Source of the DNA: Raillietiella orientalis
Lineage: Eukaryota
NCBI GenBank assembly: GCA_036172245.1
Contig: JAYWIR010000026.1
Location: 62,001 to 126,000, forward strand
Direction of reading: 5' to 3'
DNA length: 64,000 bases
In this document: positions 13,701-24,549 of the stretch, one piece after another
How the letters are laid out: the number at the start of each line of letters is the position of its first letter
Position numbering within the stretch: position 1 is the stretch's first letter
Made by a program: the position numbers and the translations under genes
Notes under the pieces: model-generated
The model's input: the letters and a program-made list of their open reading frames with translations, nothing else
What the model was told of the DNA's origin: nothing
Databases searched by the model: none

Positions 13701-14334
13701 GCCTGCCCACGCGTGAGCATAAGTACTGGTCAAGAAACACGTGATCTATGCTGTCGGCTATTTTCGGATTTCCCACGAACAAGTTGCGCGTGTGTATCTC
13801 TGCGCACAGCTCGTTCACGCGGTCCCGGAGTGTGTCGGACGCACCTGACAGCAGGCGCAGGTTAAAGTCACCTGCGATTAGGTGCGCTTTGCGCACTCTA
13901 GTTTCGTCCAGATATTTGCGCCTCAGGGTAAAAAAGAAATCTCTCCTTGCCTTTGCCCTTAGCGCGTCGCTGCCGCTTGGGGCGTACACGTTGTTAATGA
14001 CCAGATCGATGGAGTCGGACCACCTGATGGTAAACTGCCCGACGCGACCGGCACTATCGAACCGTACGCCCTTTGCCGCAGCCTCGACAGCTGGAAGAAG
14101 CAGGAACGCGACACCGCTAGATTTTACGGTGTCGCAACGCCAAAGCAGCCGTCCACCCGAGATACGCTCGATCTCGGTTGCTTGATCTGCGGAGATCACG
14201 TGGATCTCTTACAGCAGCACCAGGTCGAACGATGCCAGCTTGGAGGCCACGTCTCGTCTCTTGCCGTCGTCGCTTAGCCCGTTGACGTTCCAACAGGCGA
14301 TTCGAAGTCGGCGTCAAGAGGTGATTCACGGCAT
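10768..14334 (-). pseudogene. Element E ORF2 (APE-RT-CCHC), disrupted
   Basis: NNVYAP, AGDFN, IDH, SDH, KAPGKDG, WRPIT, DLHKAFD, QQGDSLSP, YADD, CARCGERESLSHLLLDC. Confidence 0.93.
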
Positions 14335-15962
14335 CAAGGCTGGGAACGTGGCGTTGCAGCATCTGTTAACAAACAGGTGGGAGGGACGAGTAAGGGGACC
14401 GCGGCCATCTCAGGCACTTGAACCACCTGGGGCACAGACTCTACCCTTTTCCTCCCTCCGGGGTCGCAGCGTGAGGTTACCTCTCGAGGAGAGTCCCCGA
14501 AGTTCCCCACTTTATCGGCACGCTCGCTTCCCTCAATTATCTCTCCTTTTTGCACGGACGGGATAATTTTGCGGGTAGCCTTCTTCGTGCGATTGGCCTT
14601 CGGGCGGGAGGCCGCGATGCCGCAGGCTGTGTTTTCCGCCTCTGCGTCAGAGTTCGGAATCTCCGACTTCTTGATCGAGGTCGGACGCCTTAAGGCCTTT
14701 TTCGCGGATTTAAGGGGACGCTGCAAGGACGCAGCGAGCTCCTTCGCCGCTCGCTCAAAGGCGACGTCGTCGAGCATGCGTTCGACGACGGACGCCACCG
14801 CCGGGTCGATAGCCTCCGGCATTAATTTGCCGGAGGGCTGAAAGTCGGCAGCGACGAGTGCAATTTTGCCGCTCTGTTCGACCGCAGGAATGCGCTTGAT
14901 GACGACAGAGCAGCGTTTGATATTTTCGCGACGCGGCAAATTCTCGCTGCGTTTCGCGACATTTTTTTTTGCTTCCTTGAGGCTTTTCTGCCTCTTGGAT
15001 TTTACTACCTGCCATCCAGGTTCCTGGCCGTTCTCCTCGACCTTGTCCGAGTTTTCCAAGATCTCGGAGCTGACCTTCACCTGGGGCACGATAGTTGTTT
15101 TCCGAGCGGCGGCTGTCTCTTGGGCTGCCTGAACTCGTCTTTTTCTGGCCGCGCGCTTCTTCGCATTCCGTGCGGACGCGACGCGGACTTCATTTTGCGG
15201 GCACACTGGAAGAGTGTGCCCGGGTTGCTTGCATTGCTTGCACTGCAAGTGGGGGCACCTTTTTTTCAGGTGACCTGAAGTGCTGCAATGCCCGCAGAAA
15301 TGCGGCTTACCGACATACCAGATGTCAACGGGTTCGCCGTTGACCTCCAGCTTGTTAGGTAGGGAGCAACCCTCGCGGACCGTGATGCGCGCGGAAGCCA
15401 TACCGCAATTCAGAAGATCGTACTCCCAAAACGGAGTCGGCCTTTTCCACAACGCGTGGACAGTTCCAAATTTAATTAATTCCTTTCGGACAGCCTGTTT
15501 GGCCATCCGGAAGGTGATTCCGAGGAGGTGGATCACGATAGATCTATCCTCCGTGATGGGGAGGAGCCGGCGATTTCCTAAAGGAACAGGTGTACGGAGC
15601 AAACGCTGGGCAAGACTTGCTTCTTTGCAAATCACCTCAACGTACTGTCCACCACTCCTGATGGTCATCGCCAAGAGCTCCTCCTGTGGTACTTTGAGGG
15701 AGTGCATCGCTTCCCTGAAAGCGCGTGCACTCTCAAAGGAGTAAAGGTTGTCTACCTTGTAGAGTAGGAGTGGATTGTACTTCTCCTCCAGGTAGGCTTT
15801 CAACTCAGCCGCAGCCGCTCGCGTTGGTGTTGCAGCCACGGAACTCCAGCTTCTCCCTAGCGAGGGAGTCGCTTTTGTGGAAGCGGTTGCCCCCACATCC
15901 ATTGATTCAGGGGGCGACATAGACGTCGCCCCTTCCTTAACATTGATGGTGGTCCCAGGCAT
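14334..15962 (-). CDS. Element E ORF1, intact 542 aa, RRM-like plus two CCHC knuckles
   Basis: ATG-to-stop open frame; CGHCSTSGHLKKRC and CKQCKQPGHTLPVC; stop overlaps the ORF2 ATG (TGATG). Confidence 0.92.
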   Translation of the reverse strand: MPGTTINVKEGATSMSPPESMDVGATASTKATPSLGRSWSSVAATPTRAAAAELKAYLEEKYNPLLLYKVDNLYSFESARAFREAMHSLKVPQEELLAMTIRSGGQYVEVICKEASLAQRLLRTPVPLGNRRLLPITEDRSIVIHLLGITFRMAKQAVRKELIKFGTVHALWKRPTPFWEYDLLNCGMASARITVREGCSLPNKLEVNGEPVDIWYVGKPHFCGHCSTSGHLKKRCPHLQCKQCKQPGHTLPVCPQNEVRVASARNAKKRAARKRRVQAAQETAAARKTTIVPQVKVSSEILENSDKVEENGQEPGWQVVKSKRQKSLKEAKKNVAKRSENLPRRENIKRCSVVIKRIPAVEQSGKIALVAADFQPSGKLMPEAIDPAVASVVERMLDDVAFERAAKELAASLQRPLKSAKKALRRPTSIKKSEIPNSDAEAENTACGIAASRPKANRTKKATRKIIPSVQKGEIIEGSERADKVGNFGDSPREVTSRCDPGGRKRVESVPQVVQVPEMAAVPLLVPPTCLLTDAATPRSQP

Positions 15963-16064
15963 TGCTGCCCAGCCATTACTAAATCCACCGGCACACCAAG
16001 AAAAAGAAAAAAATAAAACCGCAAACGCTCAACAGCGAAACAAAAATTCGTCCGCACTCGTTCG

Positions 16065-16971
16065 TATACCTGGACGATCTGGAAAGATCGGTCCGCGAGT
16101 TCTGCAGGCGTTTCCCCTTGCGCCTGCTGCCCCGTGTCTTCAGGCAAGGCGTGGCCAACAGCAGAGAGTTTCGGCAGGTCCGCCAATTCTCGCGATGCCC
16201 GAACGTCCGTTACCTTGCGGAGTACAAGGCCAAGACCGAGCGCCATTTCTGGCAGTCAGAAGCGGCTTGTCTGCTCTACGACCAGGGCCTGGAGTGCTCG
16301 GGCGCTGCCGATGTTCGCAGCCTCCTAAAGCGCTACTACTTCTCGTTGTATGCTAGGGAGCCGACGGAAAGAAGTCTTTCAAAGCTGCTTCTGCCGGTGG
16401 ATTCCCCTGCGGTCGACGAGGAGGAACGCGCCAGTCTTGAGTTGCCCTTCACGGCGAAAGAAGTGTCTTCCGCCATAGCGGGCCTCAAGAAGCGCAAGGC
16501 GCTCGGTGAAAATGGTCTGCCTGCAGAGTTATTCCGATGCTTCTTGGAGGAACTCATCCCCCTGGTGCTGAGGCTTTCTGCGCTGATGCGAGAGACGGAC
16601 AATGTCCCGGCCCCGTTTCGGTCAGCAAGGGTGCGTCTCTTGCCGAAAAGCGGAGAAATGCGCCATTAAAGCAACTGTCGTCCGATCACCTTGGTGAATG
16701 CGGACGTCAAGTTGTTCTCCAGGCTTTGGTTCGCGCGCCTAGGCAGGATTGCTGGATCCGTGGTAACTCCGTAGCAGTCTTTCGCTGTTCCCGGGCGGTC
16801 CATGGAGGCGAACCTGTTTTTCGCGCGCACGTGGCTCGAGCTGCGACGTCGCGTGGCTCACGACAGCCAGGCAACCGCATCTGCGGCTGCCAGGGCTAGG
16901 CGTCGCTGCATTTGGCCTGTGGAAGCGCCGGGTGCCTTGGCGGTCGCAATCGATCTCCGCATGGTGTTCGA
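16065..16971 (+). mobile_element. B-type ORF2 middle segment (linker to RT motif A), interrupted at the KAFD-equivalent codons
   Basis: Highly similar to 40514-41420 reversed; ends ALAVAIDLRMVFD. Confidence 0.9.
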
Positions 16972-17197
16972 TTTTCAACCGGATTTCGCCGGGGCGTTTA
17001 ATATAAAACAAACATTTATAGAGACGTGCAGTGGCTGGACCATTGCTTAAGCCACGCACGAAGAAACACAGAGCCTGCCGGGTCACCGGTTCGCAGACCG
17101 GTACGGTCCACCACGGCAGCAGGGGGAAGTGGGAAAAACAAAAAAAAAAAACAAACAAAGAAAAGAAAACAGAAAGTTGGGAGGGTAAGGGAAGGGA

Positions 17198-20100
17198 TCA
17201 CAGTTGCTGGTGGGGCCGTTGCATCCTTTGCAGGATGCCGGCAAGCTCCTTCTGTATTCCTGGATCCAGGTTAGGCCATCGGGACGCCCTCCTCAGGAAC
17301 TGGGAGGCTGGCTGGATGGCACCCTGGTCGTGTGGTCCTCCCGTAGCCTTGCTCCAGGCGGTGACGATCCCGCGTAGGCAGCACGCAGCTGCTAACGAGG
17401 CCGCTGGCCGAAGGGCGTCGGCAACGAAGAGGGCTTTCAGAGCGTCCCTGGGGTTGCCGCAGGGGATTCCGATGGCCGCGGCAAAGCGAAACCAAAGGGG
17501 CCGAAGGGCAACACAATCCACTAGCAGGTGGGGGAGGGACTCCCGTTCCCCACACCTGACGCAATTGGGGTCCACCGCTCCCCAGGTCCAGTGGTGTCGG
17601 CGGGCGTTGCAGGGGAGTCCCCAGTGCTGCAACAGAAATGCCGATTCCTGCCATTTCAAGGATAGGGTGGTGGTGTTGATGAGTACCGGTGGACACTTCA
17701 AACGTTCTATGGGAACGTCGAGCAGCGCGCTTTAGCGAAGAAGTTCATGGGGAGGCGTACTCGGGGTGGCAACGTGAGTCACCTGACCCGTCTTCCACTC
17801 TCCTATCTTCTTCTCCTTTTCGGAGATTGTTACTGAAACCTCCCATTTCGCCGCAACATCGCTGTCCAGATCTTCCATGAGGGAGGGCAGCGCAGCAGCG
17901 AGGGGGGTTCTTCCTGCCCACGCTCTCTTCTTTGGATCCTCCAGGCTCTCGTGGAGCGTGCAACCTGTATAACCCCCAAACAGGAACCTTCGTTCCTGTT
18001 GGGAGCGTTGCAAGCCGAACTCTCCCCACGTCCGAACGATTTCCTGCAACCAGGCACTATTGTTCAAAGGGCGACAGGTGAGCAATCCTGGGTTTTTCCG
18101 ATACAGCGCAGCCACCCTCCGTAGCTGGAGTCCGCATCAGTTGACGCGGCGACGGAGTGTAAGAAACGACGTCAGTCTTGTCTTGCCGGTGGGTTGCTGG
18201 AGAAGGAGACGTGCATGGACGCACCAACAGGTGCACCACAACTCTGGAACGAGTGCCGACAATCGGAACTGGAGCTGAAGCTCCAGCCGCTCCAGCGTCA
18301 GGAGGCCCAGACCACCATCCCGACGAGGAGCGCACAAGTCCTTTAAGCGGACTCGGGCCCTCCTATTGCCCCAAAGGGCGATACGGAAGAGGTCCTTTGT
18401 CCGCTTTTTAATGCCCTCTGTGGGGGGTCAAACAAAAAGCAGGGGGCGGAGGAGAGGAGCCGCGAACGTGTTCCAAACCGCGGCCCGTTCAGGCAGGAAA
18501 AACCTGCCTCCTCGGAACGGGCCGATCGCCGTCTCTACTTTTTGGAGACAGCCGGACCACGCCTCCGCAGGACAGTAGTCCCCCACGGCAAACCAAGATA
18601 CTTGAAGTACCTCACCGTGGGGATCCCCAAACGGACCCACTCCTGCTGCCCTGCCCACGCCGCACCAACTGCCATCACGGACGACTTCGCCCTGTTCACC
18701 GCAAGTCCGGTTCCCCGATGCAGCAGGTCGAAGAGCTCGTCGACCGCCGCAGCCGGAGTGGACATAGAGAGCAGCAGCAGAAGGTCGTCCGCGTATGCTG
18801 AAACGACCAGCGTCCCGGCACAGTCGTGCGGCAGGTGCGCCAGAGTACCCCTGTACGCTCTCAGTACCAGCTCAAAGTAGGTACTGAAGAGCAAGTGGCT
18901 CAGGCTGTCTCCCTGCCGGATCCCACGCCGCACCGGCACGCCGTGCACGGTCTGGGCGCTGAAACAAACGCTGAAAAGCGCGTCGCGCCAGCAGGAGCGC
19001 AGATAGGCCACTAATGAAACCGGAAAGCCCAAGCGTTCCAGAAGCTCCAGAAGGAGATTCTCGTCGACGCAAGCGAATGCTTTCCGCAAGTCGATTGCAA
19101 ATGCAAGGGCCCCCTCCCCCACCCGACCATCCGATTCCTCCCCGGCGCGCGCACCGGAATTCCGGCTGCGCACCAAGCTCCTTTCATGTTGGAGCTCTAG
19201 CCAGGTGGAAGCGTGGAACAGGTTCGCCTCCATGCTTCGCCCGGGAACAGCATATGTCTGTTCCGGGCTGATGAAGATGTTGGCAACCCGTCCCAGACGC
19301 TCTGCCCACATCTTGGCTATCAACATGGCGTCCGCATTCACTATTGTGATGGGACGCAAGTTGTTCATGCTCCTCAGATCTCCTCCCTTAGGGAGGAGCC
19401 GCACCTTTGCCGAACGAAACGAGGCGGGAACGTCACCTGTTTCGCGTATCATCAAGGTGAGTTGCTGTACATGAAGGTAAGCTCAGTCGCGAAAGTTTCA
19501 TGAAATTTAGCGGGCAGGCCGTCCTCCCCTGGAGCCTTTCGCCTCTTGAGCTTTCCGATGGCCGAGAGTATCTCGTCCATCGTGAAGGGCTCGTCGCGGA
19601 TCTTTCTCTCCTCCTCCCGGATCGCTGGAGCGCCTTCCGGAAGCAGGAGTCGTGAGACGTTCCTCTTTGGAGGTGCGTTGGCATACAGGGAGGAGTAGTA
19701 ACTCCGCAGCAGGACGCGGATTCGGGGGGGTGCCGAGTGCTCCTGACCCTGTTCGTCCAGCAAGCTGGCCGATCCGGACTGCCAGGCTTGCCTCTCGGCT
19801 CCCGCTTTGTCTTCCGCCAGCCTGCGGATGTCGGGGGTCCTGGCGTAACGACGGGCCTGCAGATAGGCTCGTTAGTTACGGACCTTGTTCCCAAAACCCG
19901 TAGGTAGGCACAGCAGAGGGAACTGGTCGCAGAACTCCTGGACTGACCGCTTGAAAAGGTCCCAATCCTGGATTGTCCGCAGCCTGGCGCTCCGTATGAA
20001 CGTGCGGAGATGTTCCGCGTGTTCGGGAGTTTCAGCCAGTCCCCTGGGAGAAGCCAGGCTGACGATGGGGGGCCCGTGTCGTGCGGATGGATCTCGAGGA

Positions 20101-20776
20101 CTAGCGGGCGATGGTCGGACAGCTCGCACGGTAACTTGCCGCACCTGCCCTCGCGAGGGCACAGGTGCTCGTCAAGAAACACGTGGTCAATGCTATCTTC
20201 CATCCCCGGTGCATTGTTTACCAAATTACAGGTGTGCATTGCCATGTACACCTCGTTGACGAGGTCACGCTCGGGAATCTGTTCATCCGGTTTCAGGCGA
20301 ACGTTGAAATCGACTGCAACCAGATGGGCATTCCGCACGCCTGCTACGGTCAACCAGTCTCGGCGGAGGGCAAGGAAAAACTCTTTCTGCGCCCTCCTGG
20401 TTATCAGGTCCGCGTTGCTCGGTGCGTACACGTTCCTGACGATCAGATCGATCAAGTAGGACCACCTGAGAGTCAGCTGGCCGACACGACCGTGATCGTC
20501 GAACCGCACGCCCCGAGCCGCGGCCTCGACAGATGGCCGAAGCAGGTAGGCGACACCGCAACTTTTCGCTCTCTCACACCTGTACCATAGCCGCCTTTCG
20601 GAGATCCGTTCGTTCTCTTGCGCTTGTTCTGCAGAGATCACGTGGACTGCCTTTAGCAGCGCAAGGTCGTAGGACTCCAGAAGGGCGGCCATGTCTCGTC
20701 TCCTGCCGGCGTCTCTCATGCCGTTTACGTTCCAAACGGCGATGCGCAGGCGACGGCGGGAGGAGATTCGCGGCAT
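17198..20776 (-). pseudogene. A1 ORF2 (APE-RT-CCHC), frameshifted
   Basis: IAVWNVNG, NVYAP, IDH, SDH, DLRKAF, RQGDSLS, YADD, CVRCGERESLPHLLVDC. Confidence 0.93.
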
Positions 20777-22364
20777 TACTGCTAAGAAGAATAAGGTGTG
20801 GGGTAGCCCACCTACTGCAAGGCATGCGGGATATCCACGGGGGTTTCGGACTTCTGAGGCACGTGAGGCACCTGTTCGGCCGCGACCCCTTCCATCCCCT
20901 CCGTTGTAGTGCGTGGGAGTCTATCGAGCGACGGGTCCCGAGAGTTTCGCACGCTCATGGCACTGTCGCTTGTGGAAGCCATCTCTTCCACTTCGACAGG
21001 GGAGACGAGGTTCCTTGGCTTTCTGGACTTACGTACAGTCTTCTTGCGCGGTGCCGTGTAAACGGAGGCTGCGCATCCGGCCTCCACGTCGGGGTCGGAA
21101 GTGGGCGACTCCTGACGGCAGGCCGGACGCCTTACGGCCTTTTTGCCAGACTTGGAGGGTTCTGGCTGCAAGGAGGCGGCCAGCTCCTCCGCGGCTCGCG
21201 CGAAGCCTACGTCATCGATGGTGGTGTCGATGACGGACGCCGCCGCCGGCTCGCACCCCTCGCTGTTGACAGATTCAACAGAGGGAAGGTAGTCGATAGT
21301 GGCGAGTACTTTCTGGCAGCGTTCGGCAACATCGAGAACGGGTTCGACGATGACGCTGCACTCTTTAATTATTGCGTTACCCTGCTGTTTCTTCTTCTGT
21401 TCGTAGGCGATTTTTTTTTCCATCCTCCTCTCCTTCTTTGATTTTTTGGATGTAGCCACCTGCCACCCAGGCTCCTGGCTAGTGCCCTCGACTTCTTCGG
21501 CGCTGTTCGCCGGGGTCTCGGGTGCGGCCTGGGCCTTGGGCGCGGGTGGCACAGCCTTCGCGGCAGCTTTCGCCGTCAGCCTTTTCTGCAGAAGCTGGGC
21601 GCGTTTTTTAAGGTTTCTCTTGGAAAGCACCCGCACTGCTGCTCTTGGGCACACCTCTCTCTTGTGGCCCATTGTGCCGCATACTTAACACTGCACGTTG
21701 GGACACCTCTTTTTGAGGTGGCCCGACGTATTGCAGAAGGCACAGTATTTCGGCTTCCCCACATACCAGAGGTCGACGGTTTCGCCCCGACCACCAGTTT
21801 GTGGGAGAGCGTCCTGCACACCCGAACGGTCACGCGTGCAGCCGTGAGGCCGTGTTGCATCCCCGTGTATTCTTCGAAAAGACTAACTTTCGTCCACTGC
21901 TCGTGGACCGTTCCCAACTGTTCCAAAGCGGCGCGTGTCCATCACAACGGGGGTTTTAAGCAGTCGTTGGGCCAGCTCTGCATGTCTGCAGATGACCTCA
22001 AGGTACTGACCCTCGCTGCGGATGGTCATAGCTCTGAGCTCTTCCTCTTTCACATCGAGAGCGCGCATGCCCTTCGAGAAAACGCGCGCGCTGTCTATAG
22101 AAATAAATTGCTTACCTTGTGGAACAATCAGGGGTTGTACCCCTTCTCTACATAGGCTGACAATTCCGCAGCGGCTGCAGGCGATGGCGCCGACACAACG
22201 GCGCTCCATGCCCGCGCTGCAGCGGGGACCGATTCTGTGGGGGCGGATGCTCCCACCTCCATCGTCTCTGGGGGCGACGTTGCCGCCGCCCCCTGGCTCT
22301 CCATTGTCTCTCGGGGCAACGTTGCCTCTTCCCCCTGACCATCCCTGGTGATCGCGTCATGCAT
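20776..22364 (-). pseudogene. A1 ORF1, frameshifted
   Basis: Fragments homologous to E ORF1 (EEELRAMTIRSEGQYLEVIC, GHKREVCP). Confidence 0.85.
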
Positions 22365-22458
22365 CGCTGCCTGATCGACCACGGAACCACACGACTCTTG
22401 CACTGGGGGAGACTTTCTGGCACGAGGAGCACCGAGAAAACACGTCCACCCTGGAGTA

Positions 22459-24321
22459 CGCAAGGCGTTCGACTGCGTAAATCAATATGTCCTGCTGGAG
22501 CTTCTGGAACGCCTCGGTCTTCCGGTGCACCTCGTGACGCATTTGCGCGCTTGCTACCACCACGCGCTCATTTCCATCTCTTTCAGCGGCTGTTACGTGT
22601 ACGGCGTGCCGGTGCGGCGGGGCATCAGGCAAGCTGACACCTTAAGCCCATCGCTCTTTAGCATCTTCTTTGAGTTGGTGCTGAGGGCGTACAGGGTAAC
22701 GCTCGCCATACTGCCGAGCTTTTGTCCAGGAACGCCGTACGTGGCGGCCTATGCTGACGACCTGCTCCTCCTCTTACCCATGACCACCCCGGCATCCAGT
22801 CTCGAGGATTTCTTCGAGCTGATTCGCCGGGGAGCGGGCATGAGCGTAAACCGGAGCAAGAGCGTGGTCGTACCTATTGGTGCGGCGTGGGAGGGGCAGT
22901 CCGACTGGATCCGCCTGGGGATCCCGACCGCTTCCTCCGTGCAATATCTAGGCGTTCCGCTGGGGAACATCAGCCCAGTGGAAGTGTGGTCGGACTGCCT
23001 TCGGAAGGCTTCGAATGCCCTGAGCCCGTTCCACCATGGCAGGTTCGTCCTGCCGGAGCGGGCCACGATATGGAACACCTTCGTTGCCCCTCTCTTGCGT
23101 CCCCTGCTTTTTGTTTGCCCGCCCCCCTACTCGGCCAAGCTCCAGGCGCTCAGCCTGTTGAGGAACGCTCTGTGGGTACCTGCGAGGTCCAGGATCCGCC
23201 TGAAAGATTTGGCGGCTCCGCGTCGGGATGCTGGCTTAGGCATCCTGACGCTGGAGAGAATCGAGCTGCAGGTGCAGCTTCGGATGTTGGCCCTGTGCGC
23301 CAACCTTTGGTCCACTCCGTGGTGCGCTCCCGCGCGCCTGCTTCTGCGGCGCTGCACAGGCAGCGACGTACTTCTGTCGCTGCGGCCGCACACGGAGCGC
23401 GCCACGAGAAGCTTCGGTTTCCCCTTGAAACCGCTGTATCGGCTCCGGGAAGCCCAGGAATGGATCTCCTGCCGCCCAACGAACTTTGAAGCCTGGCGGC
23501 AGGAACCGTTGCATGGCTGGGCAAAGCACAAGGATGTTTCCCTCCTGGAACTCCGTTGCGCTCACCTCTCCCCGTACTGCACGGTGGATGAGGTGTGCAA
23601 CAGCCAGGAGAAGTGGACCCGCCTGGCCGTCACCCCCCTGTCCGATGCACTGTCAGTCCTCAGGGCAAGAGATGACAGTTGCGAACCGACGAGATGGGAG
23701 GTCGCCTGCACCATCGCAGGAACAACGCGACCTATTGGCGGCTGGAAGACTTGCGAGCTGGCGGACGCCGCCACACCTCGCCACGTTCCGGAGGGACTCC
23801 TTCGGTGGAGCGAACACTTGAGTGTGCCCCTTGAAGAACTTGTGGTTCCTCCCTCGTGTCTGAACACTTCTGTGTTCCCCCTTTCGTGGAAGCAGGACGT
23901 GATTATGCTCGTGCATTGGGGTTTTCACTCCAACCAGCGCACGAACCTTGTTTCCGGGGGAGTCGTCTCCCCAAACTGTAAGCGGTGCGGGGAAGTGGAA
24001 ACGCTCCCGCCTCTGCTCTTCGTCTGCGGTGTCCTCGAAGGACTGTGGCGGAGGCTGGCTCCAGCTCTCCTGCACCAGGGGGACACCGCGAGGGAGTTGA
24101 TGCGCCGCTTCTTCACGCCAGGCGGCCTGTCATTGGGTGCTGTCGTTGCAACCGTGTGTTGCACCCGCGCCATCGACAAGGCCCACCGAGAGTTGGAGAA
24201 GCTGGCCATCCTTCGTCAGCCCACCGGATTAGCCAGCGCCAGCATGACGTCGGCAGCCGAGTGGGCGCATCTCCCACAGGGCGTAAGGAGAGAGATCGCC
24301 GGCATCCATCGCCGGTTTTGA
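22459..24321 (+). CDS. Open 3' half of B-type ORF2 (RT + C-terminal region)
   Basis: Uninterrupted frame with YADD, YLGVPLG, AGLGILTLE and CKRCGEVE. Confidence 0.88.
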   Translation, partial: RKAFDCVNQYVLLELLERLGLPVHLVTHLRACYHHALISISFSGCYVYGVPVRRGIRQADTLSPSLFSIFFELVLRAYRVTLAILPSFCPGTPYVAAYADDLLLLLPMTTPASSLEDFFELIRRGAGMSVNRSKSVVVPIGAAWEGQSDWIRLGIPTASSVQYLGVPLGNISPVEVWSDCLRKASNALSPFHHGRFVLPERATIWNTFVAPLLRPLLFVCPPPYSAKLQALSLLRNALWVPARSRIRLKDLAAPRRDAGLGILTLERIELQVQLRMLALCANLWSTPWCAPARLLLRRCTGSDVLLSLRPHTERATRSFGFPLKPLYRLREAQEWISCRPTNFEAWRQEPLHGWAKHKDVSLLELRCAHLSPYCTVDEVCNSQEKWTRLAVTPLSDALSVLRARDDSCEPTRWEVACTIAGTTRPIGGWKTCELADAATPRHVPEGLLRWSEHLSVPLEELVVPPSCLNTSVFPLSWKQDVIMLVHWGFHSNQRTNLVSGGVVSPNCKRCGEVETLPPLLFVCGVLEGLWRRLAPALLHQGDTARELMRRFFTPGGLSLGAVVATVCCTRAIDKAHRELEKLAILRQPTGLASASMTSAAEWAHLPQGVRREIAGIHRRF

Positions 24322-24549
24322 AAGGAAGGAACGGATTTACCAAAGACCCGTGTCCCCTGCCCTCCATATTTTTCTTTTTACTTTTTTTATAGTAGTGTAT
24401 TTGTGGTCCCCTCCCTCCCGTTCCGGACTTTCGGCATACCGACCTGCGTGTCGGGGATCCCACCCCCTTCGTCTCTTGTTTTCCCCTTTGTCCGGGAACC
24501 CTGTTCCCGGATAGTTTATAATAAACGCCCCGGCGCACTCTGGTGACAA
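22459..24549 (+). mobile_element. B-type element 3' half (RT, C-terminal domain, 3' UTR, terminal hairpin)
   Basis: Resumes at RKAFDCVNQ; near-identical to 38437-40527 reversed; ends GGTGACAA. Confidence 0.93.

Larger units (their letters stand above)
10522..16064 (-). mobile_element. Full-length element E, about 5.5 kb, antisense inside a B/D-type ORF2
   Basis: 3' hairpin at 10522-10551; ORF2 and ORF1; 5' GGACGAATTTTT at about 16042-16053; host frame resumes at the homologous position (WDDLKRSVREF-like); no clean TSD. Confidence 0.9.
16972..22458 (-). mobile_element. Full-length family A element A1 (5487 bp) with a 14-bp TSD
   Basis: TSD CGCATGGTGTTCGA (16958-16971) and CGCAAGGCGTTCGA (22459-22472); 3' hairpin; 5' GGACGTGTTTT; ORF1 plus ORF2. 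Confidence 0.95.
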
